From the NCBI GenBank assembly GCA_041742355.1, contig JBGSIV010000015.1, positions 1 to 19,518 of the forward strand: a stretch of DNA of 19,518 bases. Direction: 5' to 3'. The notes under the pieces are model-generated. The model saw only the letters and a program-made list of their open reading frames with translations. It did not search any database and was not told the DNA's origin. Origin of the DNA: Candidatus Zixiibacteriota bacterium (GTDB lineage Bacteria; Zixibacteria; MSB-5A5; GN15; FEB-12). The position numbers were made by a program, and so were the translations under genes. This document shows, piece after piece, positions 17,208 to 19,518 of the stretch. How positions within the stretch are numbered: position 1 is the stretch's first letter; the number at the start of each line of letters is the position of its first letter.

Positions 17208-18854
17208 ATGAAGCAGATGATGGTTCTCTCTCTGGTCATCGTCGTTTGTCTTCTCACGGCAGTGACCTCCGCGGGTGCGGCTCCCAATCTCGTCAGTTAT
17301 CAGGCGAGATTAACGTCAGCCGATGGCACGCCCGTGGTCAACGGCAGTTACAGCATGACCTTCCGCATCTACGATGCACCGTCGGCCGGAGTTCTCCTCT
17401 GGTCTGAGACCCAGCCTGCCGTTGCGGTCAACGGCGGCTTGTTCACGACCGTCCTGGGCGGAGTCGAGCCGTTGCCTGATACGCTCCTTAACGGCAACGA
17501 CCGATTTCTGGAGGTTCAGGTCGGAACGGAAGTAATCGCCCCCCGGAGTCGGATTATCTCCCAGCCCTATAGCCTCCGGGTCAGCAGCCTGGAGGGTGCG
17601 GCGGGCGGGACGGTTACGAGCACGGTGGCATTCCCAATCGAATCTCTCCCCGCCACTGGCAATGCCATCATCATAACCGATTCGACAGGCCAGAAGACTG
17701 CACTCTCCATTTCGGCAAACGTCGTTTCCGGCGCTCGTGCTGATTTCTATGACCCGGTCGATTCAAAAGATGGAAAGTCTGCAAATCAGCTGGTGGTTCA
17801 TCTCGGTAGCGACGGGGCGAGAATGTATGATCCGGCGCCAGAGGATTCCACCGTGTCAATCAAGCCTGACGGAAGAGCATGGCTCAAGGGACCGGTCCAG
17901 ATCGGTGACCCGTCGCCGCCGGGACCGTCTTTTCCCCCGTATAGCCTGATAGTCAAGGGAAGCCCAGGTATCTTTGTTGAAAGTGCCTCCCGCAATGCCC
18001 TGTCCGCAAAGACAACGGCCACGGGCGCCATAAGTAACATGTATGCAATCGAAGGAGTATCAGTACCGTTGGACGGCTTTGGGACAGGCGGTTGGTTCTG
18101 GGGAGGTTCCAGAGGCGTACTCGGGTACGTAGAGCCTAGCGGCGACAGCAGCTACTACGCTGTGGAGGCCATGTGCGCTGCCTACGAAGGGAGTGGCGAT
18201 AAGTATGCGCTGAAGGCGTCCGCGTGGGGCGTTTCCGGGAAGTGCTACGGCGTCGTCGGGCTTGGCAGCGGGGCCCAGTTCAACTACGGTGTCTATGGTG
18301 CCGCATCAGGCGGAGTCGAGAGTTACGCCGGGTCCTTCAGCGGAGATGTTCAAATCCTTGGAACTCTCACCAAGACCGCCGGCTCATTCAAGATCGACCA
18401 CCCGCTCGACCCGGCGAACAAGTACCTCTCGCACAGCTTCGTCGAGTCCCCCGACATGATGAATGTCTACAACGGCAATGCCACTACCGATGCCGACGGC
18501 TTTGCGACGGTCGAATTGCCATCATACTTCGAAGCCTTGAACCGGGACTTCCGCTACCAGCTCACGGTGCTTGGCCAATTCGCCCAGGCGATTGTGGCGC
18601 AGAAAGTCGCGAACAACCGGTTCGTCATCCAGACCGACAAGCCGGAGGTCGAGGTCTCTTGGCAGGTCACGGGGATTCGGCAGGACGCTTATGCCAACGC
18701 GCACCGCATTGCGGTGGAAGAGGACAAAAGGGCCGACGTTCGCGGATTATATATTCACCCGGAAGATTTCGGCCTGAGCGCCGACCTGGCCATCGATGCA
18801 AAGATGCGAAGCAAACCGGCGAACTTGGCCCGTCCGGAACCCGAAAGGCAGTAG
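17208..18854 (+). CDS. Secreted tail-fibre/tailspike-like surface protein
   Basis: Signal peptide ending AGA. N-domain YQARLT..GTP..GSYSMTFRIYDA..GVLLWSETQ..VNGGLFTTVLG. Gly-rich YGVxG-type repeats. C-domain GSFKIDHPLDPANKYLSHSFVESPDMMNVYNG. Confidence 0.8.
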   Translation: MKQMMVLSLVIVVCLLTAVTSAGAAPNLVSYQARLTSADGTPVVNGSYSMTFRIYDAPSAGVLLWSETQPAVAVNGGLFTTVLGGVEPLPDTLLNGNDRFLEVQVGTEVIAPRSRIISQPYSLRVSSLEGAAGGTVTSTVAFPIESLPATGNAIIITDSTGQKTALSISANVVSGARADFYDPVDSKDGKSANQLVVHLGSDGARMYDPAPEDSTVSIKPDGRAWLKGPVQIGDPSPPGPSFPPYSLIVKGSPGIFVESASRNALSAKTTATGAISNMYAIEGVSVPLDGFGTGGWFWGGSRGVLGYVEPSGDSSYYAVEAMCAAYEGSGDKYALKASAWGVSGKCYGVVGLGSGAQFNYGVYGAASGGVESYAGSFSGDVQILGTLTKTAGSFKIDHPLDPANKYLSHSFVESPDMMNVYNGNATTDADGFATVELPSYFEALNRDFRYQLTVLGQFAQAIVAQKVANNRFVIQTDKPEVEVSWQVTGIRQDAYANAHRIAVEEDKRADVRGLYIHPEDFGLSADLAIDAKMRSKPANLARPEPERQ

Positions 18855-18876
18855 AGACTCGAACAGATAAATATCC

Positions 18877-18919
18877 AAAAAGACAGCGGGTGGATTCAAC
18901 CACCCGCTGTTCTATTTTT
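18877..18919. terminator. Bidirectional rho-independent terminator
   Basis: AAAAAG-ACAGCGGGTGG-ATTCAA-CCACCCGCTGT-TCTATTTTT between convergent genes. Confidence 0.85.
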
Positions 18920-18963
18920 GGACTGTCCAACTCGTCACAGAACCGACCCCTTCATCACTCGTG

Positions 18964-19341
18964 TCACTCGCACACGGGCGGCAACCCCAGAGAGAAGAGA
19001 AACGACACGAGCCGGGTGAGATCGCTCACGTTCACCTTGCCATCGCCATTGGCATCCGCAGACAGGAGCACCACCGGTGCCGGCCCTTGCTTGAAGAGGA
19101 AATTCACGAAATAGGTCAGGTCGGAGACCTTCAGCCCGCCATCGCTGTTCACATCTCCGCAGAGGTAGTAGCTGATAAACGGATGCTGATTCAGCTCGGT
19201 CACGAACTCATAGTATGCGCCGACCCGAGCCGTGATCACATCAGGCGGGGCGCCGTATATCGGGGCATCGAAGGTCGCACTGAATGAACCGTCTCCGTTG
19301 TCGGAAACGGCCGACACTGTCCCCGTCCCGCTGGTCGTAAT
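18964..19341 (-). pseudogene. 5'-truncated extracellular protein: partial invasin/Big_1-like Ig domain plus C-terminal dockerin; interrupted by the IS
   Basis: GTVSAVSDNGDGSFSATFDAP is an invasin-like Ig motif. Dockerin CGDVNSDGGLKVSDLTYFVNFLF..ADANGDGKVNVSDLTRLVSFLF..C. The ATG used by the ORF track (19347) lies inside the IS terminal repeat. Confidence 0.8.
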
Positions 19342-19518
19342 GGGCATAATGCTCTTTTTGTGTTGATATTTTCTATGTCCGGCAGAGGTGGAAGTACCAG
19401 GCGAAGTAGTTGGCGCGGTGTTGTGCCGATAGGCCGCGATGCTGGCGGTAGCGTGTTTTCAGTCGGCTGAAGTAGCTCTCGATCCAGTTGGTTGAGGAGG
19501 GGATCAGAGAGTCGTCCA
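19342..19518 (-). mobile_element. Second copy of the same IS right end (inverted relative to the first)
   Basis: Reverse complement of 1-177 with one mismatch at 19377. The transposase tail on the minus strand ends at 19373 as ...HLCRT* instead of ...HLCRK*. Confidence 0.85.

Noticed and set aside
18224..19114. 296-aa alternative-frame ORF
   Set aside because: Overlaps the fibre gene out of frame and crosses a strong terminator. Arg-rich composition typical of non-coding frames.
1..19518. Linear plasmid or virus with 177-bp terminal inverted repeats
   Set aside because: The repeat is a truncated transposase end, and the interior holds chromosomal genes (tadA, tRNA-Ser) with no replication or capsid genes.

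Overview
GC-rich bacterial chromosomal segment. The GDxNxDG..SDLTxLVxFLF dockerin style and the kinase-TolB_N-TPR architecture suggest candidate phylum Zixibacteria (inference, not verified). Both ends of the window carry the same 177-bp sequence in inverted orientation with one mismatch. It encodes the C-terminus of an IS256-like transposase plus the element's terminal inverted repeat, and each copy interrupts a gene for a dockerin-tagged protein. Between them lie a membrane protein, tadA (apparently leaderless), two paralogous 4-TM proteins, tRNA-Ser(CGA), a HOGA/DapA-family aldolase, a signal-peptide-bearing methyltransferase-fold protein, an OPT transporter, a large secreted dockerin protein with an apparent internal domain insertion, a secreted LIM/DA1-like zinc peptidase, a His-rich SOD/CHRD-like lipoprotein, a Ser/Thr kinase-TPR protein and a secreted tail-fibre-like protein. 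No CRISPR array, integrase or reverse transcriptase was seen. All family assignments come from motif recognition by eye, not database searches.
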